A DNA stretch of 64,000 nucleotides from positions 4,844-68,843 of the forward strand of contig CAYVQI010000001.1 in NCBI GenBank assembly GCA_964454155.1. Reading direction: 5' to 3'. The stretch is from an uncultured Alteromonadaceae bacterium. GTDB taxonomy: Bacteria > Pseudomonadota > Gammaproteobacteria > Pseudomonadales > Halieaceae. The notes beneath the pieces are model-generated. The model saw nothing but the letters and a program-made list of their open reading frames with translations, did no database searches and was not told the DNA's origin. Below are positions 11,222-20,870 of this stretch, piece after piece; position 1 is the stretch's first letter, and each line of letters begins with the position of its first letter. A program made the position numbers and the translations under genes.

Positions 11222-11653
11222 TCAGGGGATCAATGCACAAGATCGTAACCTTGGTAGCTCCTGAGCGGGGCACTTATCCACGACTAAATCGAGTCCCTGA
11301 TTAAGCGCGTCAGTCTCAGCCACAAGGTTGCGAACACCCAGCTGCGTCCAGAGGACCGGTGCGCCTATGGCCACCGTTTCACTGACGATAAAAGGTAAGG
11401 CGGCGCCTTCTCTGAACACATCGACCATGTCGACGGCCTGCGGTATGTCAGACAGCCGTGCAACAACGGTCTGACCCTGCAGTAATTGCCCTGCCAGACC
11501 CGGATTGACAGGCGTCACCTGAAAACCCTCTTCGAGCAGAAATGCCAAGACGTTGTAGCTGGGTCGGTCAGGTTTGTCGCTCGCACCGACCAGTGCGATG
11601 TGCGCCACACCCGTCAACAGAGCAGCGAGGTCCCTGTCGCACTCTATGAGCAC
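11222..11653 (-). CDS. CoA-binding protein (YccU-like)
   Basis: IALVGASDKPDRPS, VTPVNP, VDMVDVFR, LWTQLG, VVDKC. GTG start inferred. Confidence 0.85.
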   Translation of the reverse strand: MLIECDRDLAALLTGVAHIALVGASDKPDRPSYNVLAFLLEEGFQVTPVNPGLAGQLLQGQTVVARLSDIPQAVDMVDVFREGAALPFIVSETVAIGAPVLWTQLGVRNLVAETDALNQGLDLVVDKCPAQELPRLRSCALIP

Positions 11654-11657
11654 GTGA

Positions 11658-12449
11658 TTAGCGCCACTCTGGTGGGCGCTTGTCAAAAAATGCTTTGACG
11701 CCCTGCTTTGACTCATCCGACGTCATCGCCTCCACCATGACACGATTTGCGTGCTCAAACGCGTCGCTCAACGGCATTTCAATTTGCGTGTAAAACGCTG
11801 TTTTCCCATCGCGAATGCTTTGAGGGGACCGCGACGCAATCCGCTCAGCTAACTGACGAGTCTCCTCAATAACATTTTCAGGCGCGACGTGGCGATTGAT
11901 CAGTCCAAAACGCTCAGCATCTTGGGCACCAAAAAACTCACCGGTCAGCGCCATCTCGAGCGCGTGTTTTCGAGAAAGGTTTCGGCCAATACCCACCAAC
12001 GGCGTGGTGCAAAATGCGCCCAGGTTGACTCCGGGCGTACAAAAGGTCGCGTTCGAGCTCGCAATGGCAAGATCACATGAAGAGACCAACTGGCAGCCTG
12101 CGGCAGTAGCGGTGCCCTCAACGCAGGCAATAACGGCTTTGGGGCCGTGAATAATACGCTGCATCATTGTCGCACACAGCTCGAGTATCGAGAGCACGCG
12201 CACTTGCCAGGCCTCTTTGGATTCCTCTGGACGCTTCGCCATCTCGCTGAGGTCGTGCCCCGCCGAAAACACCGGGCCTTTCGCTTTGATCACAATGCAG
12301 CGAACCTCCTCGGTGGTGTAAGCCGCCTCAAGTGACGCTGTCGCCTCAGTCAGCATGTCGCTCGAAAGTGGATTGCGTTGCTCTTCATTACTGAGTGTGA
12401 GCCACAGCACACCACGTTCCATTGTTTTTTCGATCAACGCTGTCTTCAT
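11658..12449 (-). CDS. Enoyl-CoA hydratase/crotonase family protein (ECHDC3-like)
   Basis: FSAGHDL, ATAAGCQLV, FCTPGVNLG, EMALTGE. Confidence 0.9.
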   Translation of the reverse strand: MKTALIEKTMERGVLWLTLSNEEQRNPLSSDMLTEATASLEAAYTTEEVRCIVIKAKGPVFSAGHDLSEMAKRPEESKEAWQVRVLSILELCATMMQRIIHGPKAVIACVEGTATAAGCQLVSSCDLAIASSNATFCTPGVNLGAFCTTPLVGIGRNLSRKHALEMALTGEFFGAQDAERFGLINRHVAPENVIEETRQLAERIASRSPQSIRDGKTAFYTQIEMPLSDAFEHANRVMVEAMTSDESKQGVKAFFDKRPPEWR

Positions 12450-12529
12450 CTGTCGCCTCCCAACCGTTCAAGACTCTGATTTAACAAAAGATCGCGCTCA
12501 GAGGCAAAACTGACGGACTATTAACGAGC

Positions 12530-14608
12530 TCAGCGACGCTGTTGCCACACAGCGGCGGCGGTCTTATCGCCACCCAATGTCATAATCTGGCCCATTCGGC
12601 GTCCCAGCATGGGGTAGCTCGCGCTCTCTCCCGAACTAATCAGCTGTTCAGCATAGGCCTCAGCACTTGCCAAATAACGCTCGGTTGCAGTCTCATCGCC
12701 CCTAGTGACACTGTCTCTAATCAAATTGCCATAAGCACGCAAACTCATTCCGATTTGTTCTGGGTAAGTCCGGGGAATAGACAGCAGCAAGTCGGTGGCT
12801 TGCTGAATGTTACCCACTTTTAGATGCGCGGTTCCCAGCCAGCCCATGGCCTCAACGATGAATTCTTCGCGTCCACGGGTGTAGTACAGGGATCGTTCAA
12901 GTACCGGAATCACATCGCGCCAGCGACCGTCCTGGCTCAACAAGTTCGCTAAGTTGATCTGGCTTTCTCGGTTGTGTGGATAAAGTTCGTTGAGCGCTTC
13001 GAGGTGGTAGTACTGCGCCTGCTTGTTCTTCAAATACCGCGCTAAAGCCACCATCTCAAAATGCAATTTCCAATCGCCGGTACCCTCTGTCAACACACGC
13101 TGTCGTCGTCGAACAACATCTTTAGGCTCCCCCACCTCGCCTTTCACTTTGGACAATTCAACGGCAAGAAAGGCAAGGTAGTCCTGATAATTGCTCTGCC
13201 CAGGAAATGGTGGTTGGTCCGCCATACCTTGAAGATTTTCAATGTTCTCAACGGTTTCATGGTTCGGAAAACCAATCCGGGCGGCGACCTCGTCGTTGCT
13301 CAGCGTTGCCCGCGGCGCGCTGGCTGCGAGGTGACGCGCTATCGCTCGAGAAAACACCCTGGCAAGCACTGCATTGCCCTCAAAGTCGTAGTGAACGTGT
13401 TCTACTAAAAAGTTCCACCCCGGTGGGTGTGGCGCGCTCGCTTGATCAAAAGCCTTGAGACTGTGTACAAAACTGACTTGGTTTTGAGGGTAGTCCGTGG
13501 CCACTCGCTCAATCGTCGCATTGATGCGTGTATCGGCTCTAAACCTGAGCCCATCAAGGTCGAGTGCGCGCTCATAGTGTGTCCGCGCCACAGTGTGTTG
13601 ACCCTGCTTTTCAAGACTGGTTGCCAACTGGAAGTGCGTGTCAGCATGTCCGTCGTCAAGCATCAGGGCCTGCTGCCAGAGATCTTGAGCAACTCGCCAT
13701 CGGCCGTTGAGTGCCTGCGCGCGCGCTTGATCACGCAGGGATTCAAACTGCACGCGGTCGCGCTCTGAAAGGTCATTGGCTGCTATGGACAAAAAGGGGG
13801 CTGACTGGCGCAAATTGACGGGCACCGTCGACAAAACAACATGCATGCCTTTGGCGTTGAGTGTGTCGATAATGTCTCGGAGATTTTCTTCAAAGTGATC
13901 GTACACTGCCGCCATCCGCGGATCGCTCTCAGGCACAGCGTTATCGACAAACATCTGCATGCCCTGCCATTCGAGATCGGCCTTAGCGTCGGAGCTCTGT
14001 ACCTCTTGAAGTGAGCGGTCAAAAAGCTGCCAAAGGCGAGTACGTTTGAGTGTTTGCAGGGCCCTGATACCCGCCATACTCGATAAAAAGTTCTGGTTAA
14101 ATGTGCCCGGTCCATAAGGTCCTACGACCTCGTTATTGCCCATCAAGACAACGGCGACGTCAGCCGAACCGAAGGGCAGCGTGTTGGCCACCTCATAGAC
14201 CACGTGGGAGTTTACGGAGGTCATGGCCGTATTGACGACCTCCACGTCTTTATTGGGAAACAGTGCATTGAGTTGTGTCGCCAAAAGTCGATCAACACCA
14301 TGGTTTTTGTGGGGAAAACCCATCGCGGCCGAACCACCCAGCACGTAAACGCGAAGACGATCGTCATGATCAGTCTGCTCGAACGTATTTTGCAGCGGAC
14401 CCACATTGAGTGACGGTGGGTAAAACTGATCCGCAAAATTGGGGTTTTCTTGAAAGTGGGTTTGACCGTCAATATCGATCGTATTGAAGTACTCGTAATG
14501 GGTGCCCACACCTGCGACACGCAGGGCCCATTCGACCACCATAAAAAATAACAGCGGTATGACCACAACCGTTATGATCGTAAACAGCGTGTTTCGTGCG
14601 TTTGACAC
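12530..14608 (-). CDS. Membrane-anchored SGNH/GDSL-fold protein with TPR repeats
   Basis: N-terminal TM helix; SGNH blocks VLGGSAAMG, VVNTAMTS, LMGNNEVVG, VEHVH; TPR segments (AQDLWQQALMLD, ARTHYERALDLD). Confidence 0.78.
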   Translation of the reverse strand: MSNARNTLFTIITVVVIPLLFFMVVEWALRVAGVGTHYEYFNTIDIDGQTHFQENPNFADQFYPPSLNVGPLQNTFEQTDHDDRLRVYVLGGSAAMGFPHKNHGVDRLLATQLNALFPNKDVEVVNTAMTSVNSHVVYEVANTLPFGSADVAVVLMGNNEVVGPYGPGTFNQNFLSSMAGIRALQTLKRTRLWQLFDRSLQEVQSSDAKADLEWQGMQMFVDNAVPESDPRMAAVYDHFEENLRDIIDTLNAKGMHVVLSTVPVNLRQSAPFLSIAANDLSERDRVQFESLRDQARAQALNGRWRVAQDLWQQALMLDDGHADTHFQLATSLEKQGQHTVARTHYERALDLDGLRFRADTRINATIERVATDYPQNQVSFVHSLKAFDQASAPHPPGWNFLVEHVHYDFEGNAVLARVFSRAIARHLAASAPRATLSNDEVAARIGFPNHETVENIENLQGMADQPPFPGQSNYQDYLAFLAVELSKVKGEVGEPKDVVRRRQRVLTEGTGDWKLHFEMVALARYLKNKQAQYYHLEALNELYPHNRESQINLANLLSQDGRWRDVIPVLERSLYYTRGREEFIVEAMGWLGTAHLKVGNIQQATDLLLSIPRTYPEQIGMSLRAYGNLIRDSVTRGDETATERYLASAEAYAEQLISSGESASYPMLGRRMGQIMTLGGDKTAAAVWQQRR

Positions 14609-14687
14609 TGAACATTATCCTTTGACGATGCGTGATACCTTAATCAACACACCTAAGTTTCCCAAGAGCGACGACAGTTAACCTGCA

Positions 14688-16541
14688 ATGACACAATCAA
14701 TCAACGTGCTGGGTCTCTCAGCCTTTTATCACGACAGTGCAGCGGCACTATTGATCGACGGCGAGATTGTGGCCGCAGCGCAGGAGGAGCGTTTCACACG
14801 AAAAAAGCATGATGCCGCCTTCCCCGCAAATGCCATCCGCTATTGCCTCGACGAGGCGGGCCTGAGTCTCGACGAGATCGACTACATCACGTTTTATGAC
14901 AAACCACTGGTGAAGTTTGAGCGGCTTCTGGAAACCTATCTCGCTTTTGCCCCCAGAGGTTTTCGCTCGTTCGTCATGGCCATTCCGGTCTGGCTCAAAG
15001 AGAAACTCTTTTTGAAAGTGACACTGAAACGTGAGCTCGCTTCTGTGTCAGGTCTCGAGCAGACCGCCTTACCACCCCTTCTGTTTCACGAACATCATGG
15101 GTCGCACGCAGCCTCGGCCTTTTTCGCCAGCCCGTTCAAAAAAGCGGCCGTGCTCTGCCTCGACGGGGTAGGCGAGTGGGCGACGAGCTCAGTATGGCTC
15201 GGAGACGGCTCGACACTAATACCACAATGGGAAATACGCTTTCCACACTCCTTAGGGCTGCTTTATTCAGCATTCACCTACTACACCGGCTTCAAGGTCA
15301 ATTCCGGTGAATACAAACTCATGGGGCTCGCTCCCTACGGCGAACCGCGGTACGTCGACCTCATCAAAACCCATCTCATCGATATAAAGCTTGATGGGAC
15401 ATTCAGACTGGACATGCGCTACTTCGACTACGCGACCGGGCTAACCATGACCAATCGACGCTTTGATGCCTTGTTTGGTGGTCCACCTCGACAGCCTGAG
15501 GCTGAGCTTACGCAACGTGAAATGGACATCGCCGCATCCATCCAAGTGGTGACCGAAGACATTGTATTAAGGCTTGCCGCGACGATTCACAAAGAGCTCG
15601 AAGTAGACCACCTCTGCCTCGCCGGCGGTGTTGCACTTAACTGCGTTGCCAATGGTCGACTCGAGCGCGAGGGGCCCTTCGAGCAGATTTGGATACAGCC
15701 AGCAGCGGGCGATGCCGGCGGCGCCCTCGGCGCGGCACTCGCAACCTGGCATCAGTACCTCGACAAACCCCGAGAAGCCGATGATTGCAACGACACAATG
15801 CAAGGCGCCTACCTTGGGAAATCATTCAGCCAAGACGAGATCGAAAACTACTTAACGGCTGTCGAAGCCCCGTTTTATCGATACGATGACACCGAGTTAA
15901 TGCCCGAGATCGCCGCTGCGTTGGATCGCGGTTCGGTCGTCGGTTGGTTTAACGGTCGAATGGAGTTTGGTCCGCGTGCACTGGGTGCTCGCTCGATTAT
16001 CGGTGATGCACGCTCACCCACCATGCAGTCGGTCATGAATCTCAAAATCAAAAATCGAGAGTCATTCAGGCCGTTTGCTCCGGTTATTAAAACTGACGCG
16101 GTATCCGAGTGGTTCAATACCGAGAGCACCAGCCCCTACATGCTTAAGGTCGCAACCGTCAGGGAAGACCGCCGTCTCCCCATGTCTGAAGAAGAAAAGG
16201 GATTGTTTGGCATTGATCAACTCAACGTCGCGCGCTCACAAGTACCCGCCATCACCCACGTTGACTACTCTGCGAGACTACAGACGGTCCATGAGGCGAC
16301 AAATCCGCGTTTTCATGGCCTGCTCTCAGCCTTTGAGGCGATCACAAATTGTCCAGTGTTGATCAACACCTCGTTCAACGTTCGCGGCGAGCCCATTGTC
16401 TGTTCGCCTGAGGATGCCTATCGCTGCTTCATGCGAACGGAGATGGATCTGCTGGTTTTGGAAAATGCGCTGCTCATCAAAGCCGAGCAACCCGAATGGC
16501 ATGACGACGAGTCCTGGAAAGAAGAGTTTCAGCTGGACTGA
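14688..16541 (+). CDS. O-carbamoyltransferase (CmcH/NodU/TobZ/SxtI family)
   Basis: YHDSAA, QEERFTRKKH, HHGSH, DGVGE, GEYKLMGLAPYG, AGGVALNC, EFGPRALG, RESFRPFAP, NTSFNVRGEP. Confidence 0.95.
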   Translation: MTQSINVLGLSAFYHDSAAALLIDGEIVAAAQEERFTRKKHDAAFPANAIRYCLDEAGLSLDEIDYITFYDKPLVKFERLLETYLAFAPRGFRSFVMAIPVWLKEKLFLKVTLKRELASVSGLEQTALPPLLFHEHHGSHAASAFFASPFKKAAVLCLDGVGEWATSSVWLGDGSTLIPQWEIRFPHSLGLLYSAFTYYTGFKVNSGEYKLMGLAPYGEPRYVDLIKTHLIDIKLDGTFRLDMRYFDYATGLTMTNRRFDALFGGPPRQPEAELTQREMDIAASIQVVTEDIVLRLAATIHKELEVDHLCLAGGVALNCVANGRLEREGPFEQIWIQPAAGDAGGALGAALATWHQYLDKPREADDCNDTMQGAYLGKSFSQDEIENYLTAVEAPFYRYDDTELMPEIAAALDRGSVVGWFNGRMEFGPRALGARSIIGDARSPTMQSVMNLKIKNRESFRPFAPVIKTDAVSEWFNTESTSPYMLKVATVREDRRLPMSEEEKGLFGIDQLNVARSQVPAITHVDYSARLQTVHEATNPRFHGLLSAFEAITNCPVLINTSFNVRGEPIVCSPEDAYRCFMRTEMDLLVLENALLIKAEQPEWHDDESWKEEFQLD

Positions 16542-16546
16542 CAAAT

Positions 16547-16963
16547 ATGATGAATCAAACACCTGGCATACCCACAACTCCGAGAGAACTTCGCCAGTTC
16601 GGTCTCCTGTTCAGCGCAATACTTGTCGCCCTGTTTGGCGTCTTGCTGCCGTGGGTATTTGCACACCCATTCCCACCTTGGCCCTGGGGTATTGCTGCCA
16701 TTCTAAGCGCCATCGCCCTTATTTTGCCCCGCGCACTCACACCGTTTTACCGCGCCTGGATGCGCTTTGGACTGATCGCTGGTTACATCAATACCCGCAT
16801 CATCATGTTCATGCTTTACTATTTGGTATTTGCACCGCTTGGCATCATCATGCGTCTCGTCGGTCGAGACGCGCTGTTGCGCAAAACAGGGGATACCACC
16901 CAAGACAGTTATCGCGTGACGAGCAGTCCGCGAGATAATGACCACTTTGAGAGACCTTATTAA
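16547..16963 (+). CDS. SxtJ-family membrane protein
   Basis: ELRQFG, TM helices, WMRFG..GYINTRII, C-terminal FERPY; lies directly after the carbamoyltransferase. Confidence 0.85.
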   Translation: MMNQTPGIPTTPRELRQFGLLFSAILVALFGVLLPWVFAHPFPPWPWGIAAILSAIALILPRALTPFYRAWMRFGLIAGYINTRIIMFMLYYLVFAPLGIIMRLVGRDALLRKTGDTTQDSYRVTSSPRDNDHFERPY

Positions 16964-17115
16964 TGCTGGACCTGCTAAAAGACCTCTGGGGATTCATGCT
17001 AGAGCGTAAAAAGCTCTGGATGGCGCCCATCATTGGCATCATGCTCCTGCTAGGTGTGTTGGTTGTTATGACACAGGGCTCGGCGCTAGCACCCTTCATT
17101 TACACTATTTTCTGA
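16963..17115 (+). CDS. SxtK-like (DUF5989-type) 50-aa single-TM peptide, missed by the ORF track
   Basis: Manual translation: MLDLLKDLWGFMLERKKLWMAPIIGIMLLLGVLVVMTQGSALAPFIYTIF*. TAATG coupling to the sxtJ-like stop. Confidence 0.88.
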   Translation: MLDLLKDLWGFMLERKKLWMAPIIGIMLLLGVLVVMTQGSALAPFIYTIF

Positions 17116-17117
17116 AT

Positions 17118-17603
17118 ATGATCCGCGAGGCAACGGCGGCCGACTGGCCCAATATTTGGCCCATATTCAGCGAAATAACGGAGGGCGGCGACACCTATGC
17201 TTACGCTATCGACACCGACAGGGCGGCCGCGGAAACTTTATGGATGACAAAGCCCGATCGCACGTTTGTCTTGGAAGAAAACGGCGAGATTCTGGCAACC
17301 TACTACTTGAAAACCAATCAGGATGGACCGGGTAAGCACGTCTGTAACTGCGGATACATGGTCACAAGCACCGCTCGCGGCAGAGGCTTGGCTCAAAAAA
17401 TGTGCCTGCACTCTCAGCGTATTGCCATCGAAATGGGTTATCGCGCCATGCAATTCAATTTTGTGGCTTCGAGCAATGAAATCGCTGTATCGCTATGGAA
17501 GAAGTTGGGCTTTGCTATCGTCGGCACCTTGCCGTGCGCCTTCAATCATCCGACACTGGGATTGATCGACGCCGTTATCATGTACAAATGGCTTGCCGAC
17601 TAA
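17118..17603 (+). CDS. GNAT-family N-acetyltransferase
   Basis: ARGRGLA acetyl-CoA motif, AMQFNFVASSN, LWKKLGF. Confidence 0.9.
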   Translation: MIREATAADWPNIWPIFSEITEGGDTYAYAIDTDRAAAETLWMTKPDRTFVLEENGEILATYYLKTNQDGPGKHVCNCGYMVTSTARGRGLAQKMCLHSQRIAIEMGYRAMQFNFVASSNEIAVSLWKKLGFAIVGTLPCAFNHPTLGLIDAVIMYKWLAD

Positions 17604-17639
17604 AGTGGCGAAAGTGACCCTGAAACGGAGGACACCTCG

Positions 17640-18434
17640 ATGAGCGAACCCTATCTTTTTTCAGTCACCAATCATGTGGCGACCTTCAGCGTTAATGACG
17701 CGCCTTTCAACCTTATGCCCGTGGACTACATCGATCGACTGGAAGAACAGCTACCTGATGTTCTCGCTGATGACACGATTCGCGCCCTGGTCTTCACGGC
17801 TGAAGGCCTTGCGAATTTCTCAGCGGGCATGAATCTCAGGCAAATACCCGAAGGCATCAAACGCGCGGGCAGTCCAGAGGCGTTTTTCGCCCAACGCCAC
17901 CGAGTTTTGACCATGATCGAAAACGGCGGAAAACCCGCTATCGCCACCTTTTTTGGCTACTGCCTGGGTGCGGGGCTTGAGCTGCCCTTGGCCTGCCATT
18001 TCCGTATCGCAGCGAGCGAAGGTGCAAAAATAGGATTACCCGAAATGGATTTAGGCAGCGTTCCTGCCTGGGGCGGATCAGCCCGGCTTCCTCGTGTTGT
18101 GGGCCAGGCGCACGCGCTCGATATGATCTTACGCGGCCGCAAAATAGACGGTTACGAAGCACTCAAAATGGGACTTGTCACAGAAGTAGTGCCAATTGAG
18201 CAGCTCAAAGCACGGGCTCAAGCGCTCGGGGAAGCATTGGCGGCTCAACCTCGATTAGCGGTCAGAGGCGTACTCGACACCATCGTCGGCTTTGAGTCAA
18301 AGTCGCTTGCGGAATCGATAGAGGACGAAAAGCGGGCGGTCAGAGAAACACTCGGTAGTCCCGATGCGCAGGAGGGTATGATGGCCTTCATGGAGAAACG
18401 AAAACCCGTCTTTAACCACGAGAGAGGTAGTTGA
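17640..18434 (+). CDS. Enoyl-CoA hydratase/isomerase
   Basis: FSAGMNL, GAGLEL, GLPEMDLG (both catalytic Glu present), EGMMAFMEKRKP. Confidence 0.9.
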   Translation: MSEPYLFSVTNHVATFSVNDAPFNLMPVDYIDRLEEQLPDVLADDTIRALVFTAEGLANFSAGMNLRQIPEGIKRAGSPEAFFAQRHRVLTMIENGGKPAIATFFGYCLGAGLELPLACHFRIAASEGAKIGLPEMDLGSVPAWGGSARLPRVVGQAHALDMILRGRKIDGYEALKMGLVTEVVPIEQLKARAQALGEALAAQPRLAVRGVLDTIVGFESKSLAESIEDEKRAVRETLGSPDAQEGMMAFMEKRKPVFNHERGS

Positions 18435-18694
18435 TCGCCGTGAGCACTGAGAGACCAGAGACTTCGCTGTTGAGTCGCAGGCGCCTGTTGCGCGCCATGG
18501 GTGTGTCAACAGCAGGTGTTGCGGCTGCGGGTGCTATCGCCGCAAGTAAGGAGAAGATCGCAGAAGCAGGAGACAGCGCAAAGGAAGAACTTGCCGAGCT
18601 CAAAAAGCAGTTTGATGCGCTGGACAAGCGATCAAAACTGATTCTGCGGCTTATATTGGTGCTAAGCGGCCTTGATTTGTTCCTCGCGATTTAG
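18431..18694 (+). CDS. Small hypothetical protein with a twin-arginine-like N-terminus, coiled coil and hydrophobic C-tail
   Basis: LLSRRRLLRAMG, then an Ala/Gly-rich stretch, KEELAELKKQFDALDK and LILRLILVLSGLDLFLAI; overlaps the upstream stop. Confidence 0.6.
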   Translation: MIAVSTERPETSLLSRRRLLRAMGVSTAGVAAAGAIAASKEKIAEAGDSAKEELAELKKQFDALDKRSKLILRLILVLSGLDLFLAI

Positions 18695-18740
18695 CGCCCA
18701 TCACACAGAGCTTAAGCCAGCAAGCTGCGCTGAATGCTCA

Positions 18741-19583
18741 TCACGCTAAGTATTTTGCGTGAAACCTCAAGTGATCCTCAATAAATGAGGCGATAAAAAA
18801 ATAACTGTGATCGTAGCCTGGATGCGCTCTATAGCTCACTGGGAAATTCGTTTCATCGCAGGCGCGCAGCAATATCTCAGGCTTCAATTGTTCCTTCAAG
18901 AAAGCGTCGGACGCGCCTTGGTCAATGAGCAGGGGTATCTCTTTTGCGCCAGCTCGTATCAACTCGCTGGCGTCGTGCTGTTTGTGCACCGCAGTATCCG
19001 CCCCCAAATAAGCTGCGAACGCCTTTTGGCCCCATGGGCAACTCATCGGTGCACAAATCGGTGAAAACGCACTCACCGATCGGTAGCGATTAGGGTGCTT
19101 CAGGGCAAGAGTCAGGGCACCGTGACCGCCCATTGAGTGCCCACAAATTGACATCCGATCGACGTCCAAACCCTTGATCTTCGACAATAGCGAAGGAAGC
19201 TCATGAGAGACAAAAGTCTCCATCCGGTAGTGCTCGCTCCACGGCGCTTGTGTCGCGTTGAGGTAGAAGCCCGCCCCCAAACCTAGGTCATACGCGCCGT
19301 CAGAATCATCTGGAACGCCCTCTCCCCTTGGACTCGTATCCGGAAAAATAAGCCCTATGCCCAGCTCACTCGCCACACGTTGGGCACCTGCTTTGGTTAC
19401 CGCATTTTCATCCGTGCACGTTAAGCCGGACAAATAAACGAGTACCGGAACAGGATTTGACTCTGCAAAATCAGGTAAAAATACAGAGAATGCAGTCGTG
19501 CTAGACAGCTCATTTGAAAACGCCTCATAGCGACGCTGCTCCCCAGAAAAACAGCGCGTGGATGAGCGCATCGCTAGCGTCAT
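18741..19583 (-). CDS. fghA: S-formylglutathione hydrolase
   Basis: LSGLTC, PDTSPRG, GAGFY, GHSMGG, GYDHSYFFI. Confidence 0.95.
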   Translation of the reverse strand: MTLAMRSSTRCFSGEQRRYEAFSNELSSTTAFSVFLPDFAESNPVPVLVYLSGLTCTDENAVTKAGAQRVASELGIGLIFPDTSPRGEGVPDDSDGAYDLGLGAGFYLNATQAPWSEHYRMETFVSHELPSLLSKIKGLDVDRMSICGHSMGGHGALTLALKHPNRYRSVSAFSPICAPMSCPWGQKAFAAYLGADTAVHKQHDASELIRAGAKEIPLLIDQGASDAFLKEQLKPEILLRACDETNFPVSYRAHPGYDHSYFFIASFIEDHLRFHAKYLA

Positions 19584-20689
19584 TAGTAAGTCACTACCGA
19601 GCGAATGCTCTTACCCGCGTGCATCAAATCGAATGCGTCATTGATGCGGTCCAGGGGCATGGTATGCGTAATCATCTCATCAATATTAATCTTGCCTTCC
19701 ATGTACCAATCAACGATTTTCGGAACGTCTGTTCTGCCCCGAGCACCGCCGAATGCCGAGCCACGCCAAGAGCGACCCGTGACGAGCTGGAAAGGACGCG
19801 TCGATATCTCCTGCCCTGCACCCGCTACGCCAATGACGCAACTCTGCCCCCATCCCTTGTGGCAGCACTCAAGTGCCTGTCGCATAACATTGACGTTGCC
19901 AATGCACTCGAAACTGTAATCGACACCGCCACCCGTCATTTGAATAAGATGGTCAACGACATCGTCAACTTCGCTGGGGTTCACGAAGTCTGTCATCCCA
20001 AACTGACGCGCAAGCGTCGCTTTCGCCGGGTTTAAGTCAACACCAATGATCCGAGTGGCTCCCACCATCCGGGCTCCTTGAATAACGTTGAGTCCAATAC
20101 CGCCCAAACCGAATACAGCAACCGTTGATCCCGCCTCAACCTTCATCGTAAAGGCAACAGCGCCAATGCCAGTCGTCACGCCGCAGCCGATGTAACAAAT
20201 TTTCTCAAACGGCGCGTCCTCGCGGACCTTTGCAACCGCGATTTCCGGTAACACGGTGTAGTTAGAAAAGGTTGAACAACCCATGTAATGCAGGATGGGT
20301 TCGCCATCTAATGTGAATCGGCTGGAATGGTCAGGCATGAGCCCCTGCCCCTGCGTTTCACGAACAGCTTGGCACAGATTCGTTTTGGGATTCAGGCAGA
20401 AATTACACTCTCGGCACTCGGGTGTGTACAAAGGAATAACGTGGTCACCCGGCTTGACTGACTTAACGCCGTCACCCACCTCAACGACTACGCCGGCGCC
20501 TTCATGGCCCAATATCGCGGGGAATGCGCCTTCAGGGTCATCGCCAGAGAGCGTGAATGCGTCAGTATGGCAAACTCCCGTGGCCTTAATTTCGACCATG
20601 ACCTCACCTGCACGGGGCCCCTGGACATCCACTTCAGCTATCTCAAGTGGGGCGCCTGCCTTAAAAGCAACTGCTGCTCGACTCTTCAT
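19583..20689 (-). CDS. frmA: S-(hydroxymethyl)glutathione dehydrogenase / class III alcohol dehydrogenase
   Basis: [37 protein letters not shown]. Confidence 0.96.
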   Translation of the reverse strand: MKSRAAVAFKAGAPLEIAEVDVQGPRAGEVMVEIKATGVCHTDAFTLSGDDPEGAFPAILGHEGAGVVVEVGDGVKSVKPGDHVIPLYTPECRECNFCLNPKTNLCQAVRETQGQGLMPDHSSRFTLDGEPILHYMGCSTFSNYTVLPEIAVAKVREDAPFEKICYIGCGVTTGIGAVAFTMKVEAGSTVAVFGLGGIGLNVIQGARMVGATRIIGVDLNPAKATLARQFGMTDFVNPSEVDDVVDHLIQMTGGGVDYSFECIGNVNVMRQALECCHKGWGQSCVIGVAGAGQEISTRPFQLVTGRSWRGSAFGGARGRTDVPKIVDWYMEGKINIDEMITHTMPLDRINDAFDLMHAGKSIRSVVTY

Positions 20690-20870
20690 CCTTACACCCT
20701 TTCTTACTTCTTTTTTCTCACACTACGCCAACGAAACACGCAGCACAAACAACTGACGTCGTGGGCGAATTGGCGACCTGTCGATACATCTATCTGACCG
20801 CTAAATCGAACAGGCCGGTTGGCGCACAAGCACCCGCGAACCATCAGGGCGCAAATTTGCAACACCCTGT

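Noticed and set aside
14688-17115. Saxitoxin biosynthesis cluster
   Set aside because: Only sxtI/J/K-like genes are present. No sxtA, sxtG or other core genes occur in the window, and the trio is known outside toxin producers.
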